The notes under the pieces: model-generated | Databases searched by the model: none | What the model saw: the letters and a program-made list of their open reading frames with translations, nothing else | What the model was told of the DNA's origin: nothing | Assembly (NCBI GenBank): GCA_045807245.1 | Contig: JBJMHS010000026.1 | Coordinates: forward strand, 1 to 33,961 | Direction of reading: 5' to 3' | DNA length: 33,961 nucleotides | DNA from: Actinomycetales bacterium | Lineage (GTDB): Bacteria > Actinomycetota > Actinomycetes > Actinomycetales > CAVURS01 | Made by a program: the position numbers and the translations under genes | Shown here: piece by piece, positions 1 through 8,862 of the stretch | Layout: each line of letters begins with the position of its first letter | How positions within the stretch are numbered: the first letter of the stretch is position 1

Positions 1-1
1 C

Positions 2-1219
2 GGCCCGTACTGGAACTTCGGCAAGCCGTGCTGGAGCTTCGACCCGGCTCAGGACACCTGCCCGGACACCACGCACCCCGACCAGCACGCGGCGATCGTC
101 GCGCCGGACGGGACGGCGTACTTCGGGAACGACGGCGGCATGTACAGCCGGCCGACGAGCCTGCGCGGGGTCGTGAAGTGGAACGACCTCAACGCCTCGC
201 TGCACACCCTGCAGTACTACTACGCCGGGATCGGCGCGTGGCCGGGCGGTGGCGACGCCGTCTGGGGTGGCCTGCAGGACAACGGCACCTCGTTGCTGGA
301 GCCGGGCGCGGGCCAGATGGTCTCGCCGTTCGGTGGTGACGGCGCCGACGTCATCGTCGACCCGAACAACGGGCGCCGCGCGGTGAACTCGTACGTCTAT
401 CTGACGATGGGGCGGACGGAGAACGGTGGACGTTCGGACGGCACAACTCGTGCCTACACGACCATCACTCCGACCTGCACCACGCTGATCGCCATCGAGT
501 ACGACCCGCACCCGTGCGACCCGAACCCACGGTTCATCGCGCCGTACACCGCCGACCCGAAGAACATCAACCACTGGGTCGCCGGCGGACAGTACGTGTG
601 GGACAACCAGGGCAAGGGCTGGAACACGTTGTGCAACAACGACACGTGTGACTGGACCCGGGTCCGCAACCTCGGTGCTGGCTCGCAGTCGACGGCCATC
701 GGCGTCTCTGGCTCGACCATCTACGCCGGCTGGTGCGGCAACGGGTGCAACCCGGGTGGTGCCGCGCCGTTCATCTCCGGCATCGACACCAACGCGGGCG
801 GCTCGTGGCACACCGTGCACGCGCCCAACCTGCCGAACCGGATCCCGACCAGCTTCTGGGTCGACCCGTCGAACGCGAGCCACGTGGTGGTCGTGTACGG
901 CGCGTTCTCCCGGCGCTGGATCCCGGGCGGCGGCGTTGGTCACGTGTTCGAGTCGACCAACGGTGGTACGACGTGGACCGACCGCTCGGGCAACCTGCCT
1001 GACGCGCCGGCCAACGACGTGGTTGTCTTCCACGGCCATCTCGTGGTCGGCACCGACGTGGGCGTCTTCATGACCTCGGCCGGCTCGCCCGGCACCTGGT
1101 CGCGGGTCGGCAGCAGCCTGCCCAACGCCTCGACCAACGACCTGGTCGTCGCACCGAGTGGGGACTACCTGCTCTCTGCCACCCACGGTCGAGGGCTCTG
1201 GACGATCAAGGAGTTCTGA
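2..1219 (+). CDS. BNR/Asp-box repeat beta-propeller protein (glycosyl hydrolase/VPS10-like), 5'-partial
   Basis: Frame is open from base 2 (GPYWNFGKPCW...HPDQHAA...YFGNDGGMY), so the ATG at 140 is internal. Contains Asp-box FESTNGGTTW, VGTDVGVF and the terminal ATHGRGLW typical of this family. Confidence 0.75.
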   Translation, partial: GPYWNFGKPCWSFDPAQDTCPDTTHPDQHAAIVAPDGTAYFGNDGGMYSRPTSLRGVVKWNDLNASLHTLQYYYAGIGAWPGGGDAVWGGLQDNGTSLLEPGAGQMVSPFGGDGADVIVDPNNGRRAVNSYVYLTMGRTENGGRSDGTTRAYTTITPTCTTLIAIEYDPHPCDPNPRFIAPYTADPKNINHWVAGGQYVWDNQGKGWNTLCNNDTCDWTRVRNLGAGSQSTAIGVSGSTIYAGWCGNGCNPGGAAPFISGIDTNAGGSWHTVHAPNLPNRIPTSFWVDPSNASHVVVVYGAFSRRWIPGGGVGHVFESTNGGTTWTDRSGNLPDAPANDVVVFHGHLVVGTDVGVFMTSAGSPGTWSRVGSSLPNASTNDLVVAPSGDYLLSATHGRGLWTIKEF

Positions 1220-1238
1220 GCGCTTCGATCCCTGAGGA

Positions 1239-1278
1239 AGCTGGCGGGTGGCCCACGACAGTGGGTCACCCGCCGGCT
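1239..1278. terminator. Hairpin between convergent genes, probable bidirectional terminator
   Basis: AGCTGGCGGGTGGCCCAC-GACA-GTGGGTCACCCGCCGGCT: 18-bp stem with two G-U pairs, between stops at 1219 (+) and 1294 (-). Confidence 0.65.
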
Positions 1279-1293
1279 CGTCCGGGCGGTCTC

Positions 1294-2259
1294 TTACGAC
1301 TCCCGCACGACCTCGGCCACGGACTTGTCGTCGCGGAGACCGCGCCAGGCCGGGTGGCGGAGGCGGCCGTCCCGCGTCCACTCGCTGAACCGCACCTCAC
1401 CCACGACCTCGGCCCGGACCCAGGTCGCGCCGAGGGAGTCCTTGCGAGGTATCGCCGTCGCGAACGGAGTATCGCTGCGCCGCAACGGTTCCAGCCTGGC
1501 GCCGAGCTCGCGCAGAGACCGTTCCGTGAAGCCGGTGCCCACCTTCCCGACGTACTCGAGGCCGCCGTCGGTGGGGATGCCGAGCAACAGTGCGCCGATG
1601 CCCCCGCTGCGCCGGCCCTCGCCCGGCTGCCAGCCACCGACGACGACCTCCTGGGTGCGCAGGTTCTTCACCTTCAGCCACCCGGGGAACCGCCGGCCCG
1701 GGTAGTAGTGCGAGTCGAGGAGCTTGCAGAGCACACCTTCCAGCCGCTGGTCGCGAGCCGCCTCCAGGATCGACGCGCCGTCCTCGGTCCAGAAGCCGGG
1801 CGTCCTCCAGGCCGGCCCGTCCAGCTCCAGCCCCTCGAGGATCGACCGCCGTTCGGTGTACGGCGTCGACAGCAGGGAGCGCCGGTCCAGCCGGAGGACG
1901 TCGAAGACCAGGTAGGTCACGGGGTTGGCGTCGGCCAGCCGCTGCGCCCGTTTGGCGTCACCGACGTGCATCCGGCCCTGCAGCTGCTCGAAGCTCGGCC
2001 GGCCACTGTGGTCGAGGGCGACGATCTCCCCGTCGAGGACCGCACTCGCCGTACCGCCGGGCAGGGTCAGCGCAGCCAGCTCCGGGTAGGACACGAGCAT
2101 GTCGATGTCGTTGCGGGACATGATCTTGGTGCGGCGGCTGCCGACGTACAGGATCGCCCGGACGCCGTCCCACTTCATCTCGTACCCCCAGCGGCCGTCC
2201 TCAGGGGGGAGCGCGTCGGACAGCGTCGCGAGCATGGGCCGGATCAGCTCATCGGGCAT
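1294..2259 (-). CDS. ligD: NHEJ ATP-dependent DNA ligase (LigD ligase module only: adenylation + OB domains)
   Basis: Motif I YEMKWDGVR, III LDGEIV, IIIa FDVL, IV LEGVLCK, V WLKVK, OB-domain GKVGTGF and LRHPAWRGLRDDK; divergent from ku. Confidence 0.9.
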   Translation of the reverse strand: MPDELIRPMLATLSDALPPEDGRWGYEMKWDGVRAILYVGSRRTKIMSRNDIDMLVSYPELAALTLPGGTASAVLDGEIVALDHSGRPSFEQLQGRMHVGDAKRAQRLADANPVTYLVFDVLRLDRRSLLSTPYTERRSILEGLELDGPAWRTPGFWTEDGASILEAARDQRLEGVLCKLLDSHYYPGRRFPGWLKVKNLRTQEVVVGGWQPGEGRRSGGIGALLLGIPTDGGLEYVGKVGTGFTERSLRELGARLEPLRRSDTPFATAIPRKDSLGATWVRAEVVGEVRFSEWTRDGRLRHPAWRGLRDDKSVAEVVRES

Positions 2260-2339
2260 GGCTCATCCTGTCCGGGGTGGCGGCGCTACGGCCACTGGGA
2301 GATGTTGGAGTCCTCGCCGAACCACTCGAGGAGGACGAC

Positions 2340-3359
2340 ATGGCGCGGGCGATCTGGACCGGCGCAGTGGGCTTCGGGCTGGTGACCGTGCCGGTTGCGG
2401 TCTACTCGGCGACCGAGGACAAGACGATCGAGTTCCACCAGTTCGAACGCGGCACGTCCGACCGGATCCGGTACATGCGGGTCAACGAGCGCACCGGCAA
2501 GGAGGTCGACTACGACGACATCGTCAAGGGCCACGACGTCGGCGATGGCGAGTACGTCATCGTGACGCCCGAGGAGCTCGAGGCTGTGGAGCCGGGCCGG
2601 TCGCGGACCATCGACATCAACGACTTCGTCGAGCTCGACGAGATCGACCCGATCTACTTCCAGAAGGCGTACTTCCTCGGCCCGAACGGGGAGGAGGCGC
2701 GGCGGCCGTACGACCTGCTCCGGCAGGCGATGAGCGCGACCGGTCAGGTCGCGATCGCGGACTTCGTCATGCGTGAGAAGCAGTACCTCGTGGCCATCCG
2801 GGCCACCGACCGCGTCCTGGTGATGGAGACCCTCTTCTTCGCCGACGAGGTTCGCGACCCGGCCGAGGCGATCGACGACCTCCCGGCGGCGCACAAGTTC
2901 GCCCCACGCGACCTGTCGACCGCCAGGCAGCTCATCGCGTCCCTGTCGACGTCGTGGGATCCGAAGAACTACCAAGACCGGTATCGCGACCGCGTCAGCG
3001 ACCTGGTCCGGCGCAAGCACGAGGGACAGGAGGTCGTGCAGAACGAGGAGGGCGAGCGCGAGGGTGCCGAGGTCGTCGACCTCCTGGACGCCTTGCGGGC
3101 CAGCGTCGATGCCGCGAAGGGCAAGCACAAGGCCGGCAACCGGGTGACCCGAAAGGCGACCTACACGTCGGCGAAGAAGGCGTCGGCGAAGAAGGCGTCG
3201 GCGACCAAGAAGGCCGCGACCAAGAAGGCCGCGACCAAGAAGGCCGCGACCAAGAAGTCGACGACCAAGAAGACGGCGACCAAGAAGTCGGCGACCAAGA
3301 AGACGGCGACGAAGAAGACGGCGGCGAAGAGGTCGGCGGGCCGGCGCAAGGCCTCCTGA
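2340..3359 (+). CDS. ku: Non-homologous end-joining protein Ku
   Basis: [20 protein letters not shown]-terminus, [34 protein letters not shown] before ATG 2340; basic C-terminal tail. Confidence 0.95.
   Translation: MARAIWTGAVGFGLVTVPVAVYSATEDKTIEFHQFERGTSDRIRYMRVNERTGKEVDYDDIVKGHDVGDGEYVIVTPEELEAVEPGRSRTIDINDFVELDEIDPIYFQKAYFLGPNGEEARRPYDLLRQAMSATGQVAIADFVMREKQYLVAIRATDRVLVMETLFFADEVRDPAEAIDDLPAAHKFAPRDLSTARQLIASLSTSWDPKNYQDRYRDRVSDLVRRKHEGQEVVQNEEGEREGAEVVDLLDALRASVDAAKGKHKAGNRVTRKATYTSAKKASAKKASATKKAATKKAATKKAATKKSTTKKTATKKSATKKTATKKTAAKRSAGRRKAS
3168..3335 (+). repeat. 15-bp coding tandem repeat (about 11 x [A/S/T]-[T/A]-K-K-[A/S/T]) in the Ku tail
   Basis: Repeated GCGACCAAGAAGGCC-like units encoding [20 protein letters not shown]. 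Confidence 0.9.
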
Positions 3360-4423
3360 TGCCGAAGCGGTCCCTGGACATCTACCGGCGCAAGCGTGAC
3401 CCGGCGCGCACGCCGGAGCCCGTGCCGCCTCCCGGCCCGCTGCCCAAAGGCAACGACGACACGTTCGTGATCCAGGAGCATCACGCGACCGCACTGCACT
3501 GGGACTTCCGGTTGGAGCGCGACGGGGTGCTCGTCTCCTGGGCGCTGCCGAAGGGTCTGCCGCTCGACCCGAAGGACAACCACCTGGCCGTCCCGACCGA
3601 GGACCACCCACTCGAGTACGCGTCCTTCGCCGGGGACATCGCGCACGGCGAGTACGGCGGCGGCCAGGTGATCCTGTGGGACCGCGGCACGTACGAGACG
3701 GAGAAGTGGGACGGCCGCGAGGTCAAGATCGTGCTGCACGGCGGACGCAGCGAAGGACGCTACGTCCTGTTCTCGACCGGCAAGAACTGGATGATCCACC
3801 GGATGGACCCGGCCCCGGCTGGATACGAGCGGCTGCCTGACGACCTCCGCCCGATGGTGCCGACGCCCGGTCGCCGGATGCCGCGAGGCGGCCAGGACTG
3901 GGCCTACGAGCTCCGTTGGCCCGGAACGCGACTGCTGGTCTGGGTGGACGGTGGCCGGCCCGTCGTCCGGGACGGTGCGGGCAAGGACCGGACGGCTGCG
4001 TTCCCCGAGCTGCGCGAGATGGCGGAGTCGCTCGGCTCGCACCAGGCCGTGGTGGACGGGGTCATGTTCGGCCCGGCTGACAGTGGCGCTCCCTCGGCCG
4101 AGCCGGTCCGCAAGCGCTTGGCCGCCGGCTCATCGAGCGCCGTGCGACGCCTGCGTCAGCACTCACCCCTCACCTTCATGGTGGTCGACCTGTTGCACCT
4201 GGACGGCCGGTCACTCCTGACCGACGCGTACGACGACCGCCGTGCCGCGCTGGACGACCTGGGGCTGGACGGCCCGGCCTGGCACCCGTCGCCCGTCTTC
4301 GACGACGGGCCGGACGTGCTGGCGGCGGCCCGGCAGCAAGGGCTGCCCGGCGTCGTCGCGAAACGCCGCGCCTCGCCGTACCGCAGTGGGCAGACCCACG
4401 ACGACTGGCGCGAGATTTCGTGA
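3359..4423 (+). CDS. LigD 3'-phosphoesterase domain fused to a degenerate ligase adenylation domain (no OB domain)
   Basis: Start overlaps the ku stop (TGATG). Intact PE motifs [45 protein letters not shown]. Ligase-like part has YELRWPG, DGVM, LPGVVAK. Confidence 0.85.
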   Translation: MPKRSLDIYRRKRDPARTPEPVPPPGPLPKGNDDTFVIQEHHATALHWDFRLERDGVLVSWALPKGLPLDPKDNHLAVPTEDHPLEYASFAGDIAHGEYGGGQVILWDRGTYETEKWDGREVKIVLHGGRSEGRYVLFSTGKNWMIHRMDPAPAGYERLPDDLRPMVPTPGRRMPRGGQDWAYELRWPGTRLLVWVDGGRPVVRDGAGKDRTAAFPELREMAESLGSHQAVVDGVMFGPADSGAPSAEPVRKRLAAGSSSAVRRLRQHSPLTFMVVDLLHLDGRSLLTDAYDDRRAALDDLGLDGPAWHPSPVFDDGPDVLAAARQQGLPGVVAKRRASPYRSGQTHDDWREIS

Positions 4424-4463
4424 ACGACTGCCTGGGAAAGCCGGGCAGTCCTTCACGAAATCT
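4413..4463. terminator. Long inverted repeat between convergent genes
   Basis: AGATTTCGTGAA-C-GACTGCC-T-GG / GAAAG loop / CC-G-GGCAGTC-C-TTCACGAAATCT; about 23-bp stem that contains the TGA stop at 4421-4423. Confidence 0.65.
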
Positions 4464-4471
4464 GGGCTCGG

Positions 4472-7084
4472 CTACTGGTTGGCGACGCTGCGCAGGGCCC
4501 GCGGGCGAGCGGCCGGAGCCGCCTCTTCGGGGAGGCTGTCCAGCAGGGCCATGAGCTGCTCGGACGTGCCCGGCCGCCCGATGTGGTAGCCCTGCGCGAG
4601 GTCGCAGCCGAGGCTGCGCAGCACCTCCAGCACACCGGCGTTCTCGACGCCCTCCGCGACGACGCGCAGCCCCAGGTGCTCGCCGATGGTGATGATGCTG
4701 CGGATCAGGCCGGCGCTGGTGTACGAGCTGGTCGGACCGACCAGGCCGAACACGAACGACCGGTCGATCTTGACCTCCTGCACCGGGAGGCGCTGCAGGT
4801 AGGACAGGCTGGAGTATCCGGTGCCGAAGTCGTCCAGCGACAGCTCCACGCCGAGGTCGGCCACCCGGCGCAACGTCGGTACGGCGCGGTCCGGGTCGTC
4901 CATGACCGCGCTCTCGGTGATCTCCAGGACGAGGTTGCGCGCCGGCAGCCCGGACTCGGCGAGCGCCGCGGCGATCTTGTCCGGCAGTCCGGCATCGACC
5001 GTGCGTGCGGACATGTTGACGGCGACGGTCAGGTCACGGCCGGCATCCAGCCAGTCCTTGGCCTGGCGCAGAGCCTTGCGCAGGACGACGTCGGTCAACG
5101 GGTGGATGAGACCGGTCGACTCGGCGAGCGGGATGAACGCATCGGGGGTCAGGACGCCGAGCCGCGGATGCCGCCACCGCACCAGCGCCTCGGCCGCGAC
5201 GATCTCGCCGGTCTGGAAGTCGAGCTGCGGCTGGTACAGCAGCTCCAGCTCGTCCCGCTCCAGCGCGACGTGCAGGTCGGCCAGCATCACCAGGCGTTCC
5301 GAGCGGCCGCGGTCGAGCTCGTCGGTGTAGAGCACCGGCTTGCCGGCGGCCTTGGCGGCGTACATGGCGGTGTCGGCGTGGCGCAGCATGTCCGAGTCGG
5401 TGAGCCCGCGAGCCGGCAGCGCGATCCCGATGCTGGCGCCGGTGGAGACCAGGGCGTCGGCGAGCTGCACGGGTTCGGACAGGGCCCCCACGATGCGCGA
5501 GGCGACCTGCTGGGCCTCGATCAGCGCGTTGTCCGCGGCGCGCAGCAGGATGGCGAACTCGTCTCCGCCCAGCCGGGCCACCACGGACGAGGGCGGTACG
5601 GCGCCGCGCAGCCGGTTGGCCACGACCTGGAGCAGCTCGTCCCCGACGTGATGGCCGAGCGCGTCGTTGACCTCCTTGAACCGGTCGAGGTCCAGCAGCA
5701 GGACGGCGCAGGCCGAGCGCTCTCTCCTCAGCGCCTCAGCCAGCGCCTCTCCCAGCAGGGCACGGTTGGGCAGACCGGTCAGCGCGTCGTGCCGAGCGTC
5801 GTGCCTGAGCTGCTCGACGACTCGGGTGCCGTGCAGGGCCACGGCCAGGTGGCCGAAGAGCGTGCGGGTGAGCGTCACGTCGTCCTTGGTGAAGGACATC
5901 GCCTCGCCCAGCCGGCCGGTCACGATGAGCGCGAGCTCCTGGCCCGCACCGGGCATCGGTACGACGAGCGCGTCGCGGGTGCCGCGAGCGGCCAGCCAGT
6001 CGCGCATCCCTGGATCGGTCGTCGTGCGCGGCAACAGGACGGCCTCGTTCGTCGCGACCACGCGCAGCAGCAGCCAGTCGGCGGAGACCGGCACACCGTC
6101 CTCCACGATGAGGTCGCCGTCGTCACTCGTCCGCAGCCGGGTCGTCGGCGCCGCGGGGTCGTCCGAGCTGGCCAGCACGAGCTCGACCTCGGTGCAGCGC
6201 AGCAGGGTCTGCATCCGGGCCAACAGCCGCGCGGCCAGGTCCTGCGGGCTGTGCAGCCCGGCGCCCTGCTCGACGAACTCGTGGATCAGGGCGAGCGACT
6301 GGTGCCGCCGTCGCCGCACCAGGTAGGCCTTGAACATCACGGCGCTGGCCGCAGCCGTGACGGCGAGCAGCACGACGCCCAGGGTCCCCGACTCGATGAG
6401 GACGGCGGCCACGAGGGCGCACGTCGTATTCGCGGCGCTGAAGATCGTTGCTGGCAGGAAGGTTTGGAGAATGTCGCGGAACCCGAGACGGGAGCCATGC
6501 AGGATGATCACCAGGACGACCAGCAGGCTCATCAGCACGTCGACCGCCGCCACGACGAGCAGGCAGGTGATAGCGGTGCGCACGTCGAGCCGAGCGCCCA
6601 CGGGCAGCAGCCAGTGGACCGCTGTGGCGATCGTCGCGGCCTCGAAGGCGTAGGCCGACGCGTTGTAGACAGCCTTCATGGTCGGCGGGCGCAGGATGGC
6701 GAAGCCGATCAGGCCGCCGACGACGCGGGCCAGGACGAGATCGGTCGCCGATCCGGTGAGCGCGCCGAGGACCAGCGGTATCCCGGCCAGGGAGATGGAG
6801 TACGCCTCGTGCCGGAACTCGATGTGGACCAGGGCGAGCTCGCACAGCGCGAAGAGTCCGACCATCGCCACGATGAACGCCGGCGGGGACAGCGAAGCCT
6901 CGAGCAGGTGCCAGGTGCTGTTGCGGGTCAGGACCAGGTCGAGCACAGCCGCTCCGGTGAGCAGCAGGCAGATCAGAGCGGTCCAGAAGGTCGCCGCCCG
7001 GGCGGTCGGCGCAGGCGTGATCGACGGGGTGGCGGTCAGCGACTCCTCGCGCTGCCGGCCCCGGCGCTCCGCGCCGCCAGACAT
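4472..7084 (-). CDS. Membrane-anchored diguanylate cyclase/phosphodiesterase (TM region, probable GAF-like region, GGDEF, EAL)
   Basis: HDALTGLPNR, DLDRFKEVNDALGH, RLGGDEF, EALVRW, LEITES, DDFGTGYSSL, EVKIDRSF, VAEGVE, QGY all intact. Hydrophobic N-terminus. GAAGGAG RBS before ATG 7084, preferred over the track start 7177. Confidence 0.92.
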   Translation of the reverse strand: MSGGAERRGRQREESLTATPSITPAPTARAATFWTALICLLLTGAAVLDLVLTRNSTWHLLEASLSPPAFIVAMVGLFALCELALVHIEFRHEAYSISLAGIPLVLGALTGSATDLVLARVVGGLIGFAILRPPTMKAVYNASAYAFEAATIATAVHWLLPVGARLDVRTAITCLLVVAAVDVLMSLLVVLVIILHGSRLGFRDILQTFLPATIFSAANTTCALVAAVLIESGTLGVVLLAVTAAASAVMFKAYLVRRRRHQSLALIHEFVEQGAGLHSPQDLAARLLARMQTLLRCTEVELVLASSDDPAAPTTRLRTSDDGDLIVEDGVPVSADWLLLRVVATNEAVLLPRTTTDPGMRDWLAARGTRDALVVPMPGAGQELALIVTGRLGEAMSFTKDDVTLTRTLFGHLAVALHGTRVVEQLRHDARHDALTGLPNRALLGEALAEALRRERSACAVLLLDLDRFKEVNDALGHHVGDELLQVVANRLRGAVPPSSVVARLGGDEFAILLRAADNALIEAQQVASRIVGALSEPVQLADALVSTGASIGIALPARGLTDSDMLRHADTAMYAAKAAGKPVLYTDELDRGRSERLVMLADLHVALERDELELLYQPQLDFQTGEIVAAEALVRWRHPRLGVLTPDAFIPLAESTGLIHPLTDVVLRKALRQAKDWLDAGRDLTVAVNMSARTVDAGLPDKIAAALAESGLPARNLVLEITESAVMDDPDRAVPTLRRVADLGVELSLDDFGTGYSSLSYLQRLPVQEVKIDRSFVFGLVGPTSSYTSAGLIRSIITIGEHLGLRVVAEGVENAGVLEVLRSLGCDLAQGYHIGRPGTSEQLMALLDSLPEEAAPAARPRALRSVANQ

Positions 7085-7249
7085 GCGTGCTCCTTCAACG
7101 TTCCGTGTGCATCCGTGTACCTCTAGTAACTGTAGGTCTGGGCCGACCGCCGCCGAGGGCTCTGCCCGGACCGTCACCCGGATGCATCAGTGCAGGTCAG
7201 TGGGTTGTCCGGGCTCGTGTGGACTGGCGGTCGACCCGTCCCTCTGAAC

Positions 7250-7276
7250 ATCGGCTGATGAGGCAGCGACGATGAG
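7250..7276 (-). promoter_or_regulatory. Putative FliA/WhiG (sigma-28 family) promoter
   Basis: Minus strand reads CTCA-N17-GCCGAT upstream of the GGDEF-EAL gene. Confidence 0.5.
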
Positions 7277-7349
7277 CGAGAAGGACCGGCGACAAACGGC
7301 GTGAGAGGGGTCGATCGCCGCGAAACGACTCCCACGAGGGGGGAGAAGC

Positions 7350-7901
7350 TCAGCCGCGGGCGGAGAGCGGTGCGCTCGGCTGCTCGAGCAGGTCGCGGAC
7401 CGCACGTACGACGTCGTCGACGGCCATCGCGGTCCGGGCCAGCGCCAGGTCGGCGGCGTCGACGACCAGCTCCCGCCCGAACGCCTCGAGCAGCCGGGCC
7501 CAACCCGGCCCGACCACGACGAGCGACGCGGCGTCCGGCTCGGTCTGCGCTGCGGCCCAGACCGCGCCCGCCTCGGCCAACGTTCCGACGCCGCCCGGCA
7601 GAGCCACCACGACGGTGGCCGCGAGCAGATGCCGCATGCGCTCGGCGTAGTCGACGCTCCACCGCAGCTCGGCGTTGCTGCCATGGGGTTCGAGGTGGTC
7701 CCACGCCCGCATCGGCAGGCCGACCGTGTGCCCACCGCGCGACCGGGCGCCGGTGGCCGTCGCGCCCATCAGCCCGCCGTACCCGCCGGTGATGACGGTC
7801 CATCCCTGGTCGGCGAGCGCCGCGCCGAGCCGGACGGCCTCCTCGTAGCGTCCGTCCTCCGGTCCGATGCGCGCCGACCCGATGACGGCGACCTCGACCA
7901 T
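7350..7901 (-). CDS. LOG/SLOG family protein (putative nucleotide phosphoribohydrolase)
   Basis: VAVIGSAR, ITGGYGGLMGA, ERMRHL, PGGVGTLAE (PGGxGTxxE). ATG 7901 lies 7 nt after the upstream stop. Confidence 0.85.
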   Translation of the reverse strand: MVEVAVIGSARIGPEDGRYEEAVRLGAALADQGWTVITGGYGGLMGATATGARSRGGHTVGLPMRAWDHLEPHGSNAELRWSVDYAERMRHLLAATVVVALPGGVGTLAEAGAVWAAAQTEPDAASLVVVGPGWARLLEAFGRELVVDAADLALARTAMAVDDVVRAVRDLLEQPSAPLSARG

Positions 7902-7908
7902 GGCCGGG

Positions 7909-8862
7909 CTAGCCGGAGACGAGCTGGTAGCCACGCAGACCCTTCCTCGCCGACAGCGTGACGATCGCCCCGCGCAGGACGCCCTCGCTGTACTCGCTGC
8001 CGGGGTTCAGGGCCAGCGTCCGGCCGATCCGGGCCTCTCCGCGCGACTCGTGGATGTGGCCGTGCAAGGTCAACATCGGCTGGTAGTACGTGATGGCGTC
8101 GCGGACGGCGGTGCTGCCGACGCCTCCGATGACCGGCGACCCGCCCTTGAAGACCGGCCGGAACTCCTCGTCCAGCGCCACGGCCTGGTCGATCGGCGTG
8201 TTCTTCGGCGGCACGTGCAGGTTGAAGATCGCCTGGTGCGGGTCGGGCAGCTTGGCCACCTCGAGGTCGATCTTGGCGCGCAGGTCGTCTTCGTCGAGCT
8301 CGCGCGGCGAGTCCCAGGGGGTGCGGTTGGAGTACCCCACGGAGATCATCGAGAACCCGCCGGGGAGCCGGACCACCCGACCGTCCGGGTTCACGACCAC
8401 GTCGCTGCTGGAGAGCAGGTCGTCGATGAAGAACGGGTCGTCGTTGCCGGGGGCGAAGATGCACTCGATCCCGGTACCGGCCAGGCGGTCCTCGGCCATG
8501 TCGATCCAGCGGCTCATGGTGTGGTTCATCAGCTTGCGGAACAGCTCGTCGACCGCCGTCGGGCTGTCGCGCAGCGACCGGACCTCGTCCGGCGTCATCG
8601 GATAGGCATAGAAGCCGGCATCGGCGATCAGCTTGTTGAGGGCCGGGAGGCCGTCACTGTCGACCACCCGCTTGCGCCCGAAGATCTGCGCACTGAACGT
8701 GTCCGGCGCCTCCTCGACGATGGGGACGATCATCTTGCCGGTCAGGTCGCCGCCCATCACGATCGCGTCGACGCCGTAGAACTTCCCGGCGTTGACGAAC
8801 TTGCGCAGGCACACCTCCGACCCGTGGATGTCCGTCGCGAAGAAGACCTTGACCTCTTTCAC
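7909..8862 (-). CDS. Calcineurin-like (Icc-related) metallophosphoesterase
   Basis: ATDIHG, GGDLTGK, PGNDD, NLHVPP, LHGHIHE metal-binding motifs; GTG 8862 overlaps the upstream TGA (GTGA). Confidence 0.88.
   Translation of the reverse strand: MKEVKVFFATDIHGSEVCLRKFVNAGKFYGVDAIVMGGDLTGKMIVPIVEEAPDTFSAQIFGRKRVVDSDGLPALNKLIADAGFYAYPMTPDEVRSLRDSPTAVDELFRKLMNHTMSRWIDMAEDRLAGTGIECIFAPGNDDPFFIDDLLSSSDVVVNPDGRVVRLPGGFSMISVGYSNRTPWDSPRELDEDDLRAKIDLEVAKLPDPHQAIFNLHVPPKNTPIDQAVALDEEFRPVFKGGSPVIGGVGSTAVRDAITYYQPMLTLHGHIHESRGEARIGRTLALNPGSEYSEGVLRGAIVTLSARKGLRGYQLVSG

Noticed and set aside
2260..2339. SOS box or stress-sigma promoter between ligD and ku
   Set aside because: No convincing GAAC-N4-GTTC, PafBC or SigB/SigF-type match found by eye.
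3168..3335. Tandem repeats here and at 10730-10796 as a possible CRISPR array
   Set aside because: Contiguous 15-bp in-frame coding units with no unique spacers and no cas genes.
2954..3358. N-terminal extension of the phosphoesterase ORF with DQEGR-like repeats
   Set aside because: Alternative-frame reading of the Ku tail repeat; the real start is the coupled ATG at 3359.
4583..7126. 847-aa plus-strand ORF
   Set aside because: Antisense shadow of the GGDEF-EAL gene with no recognisable motifs.
7085..7349. c-di-GMP riboswitch upstream of the GGDEF-EAL gene
   Set aside because: No recognisable class I or class II aptamer core on the coding strand by eye; a covariance-model search would be needed to exclude it fully.
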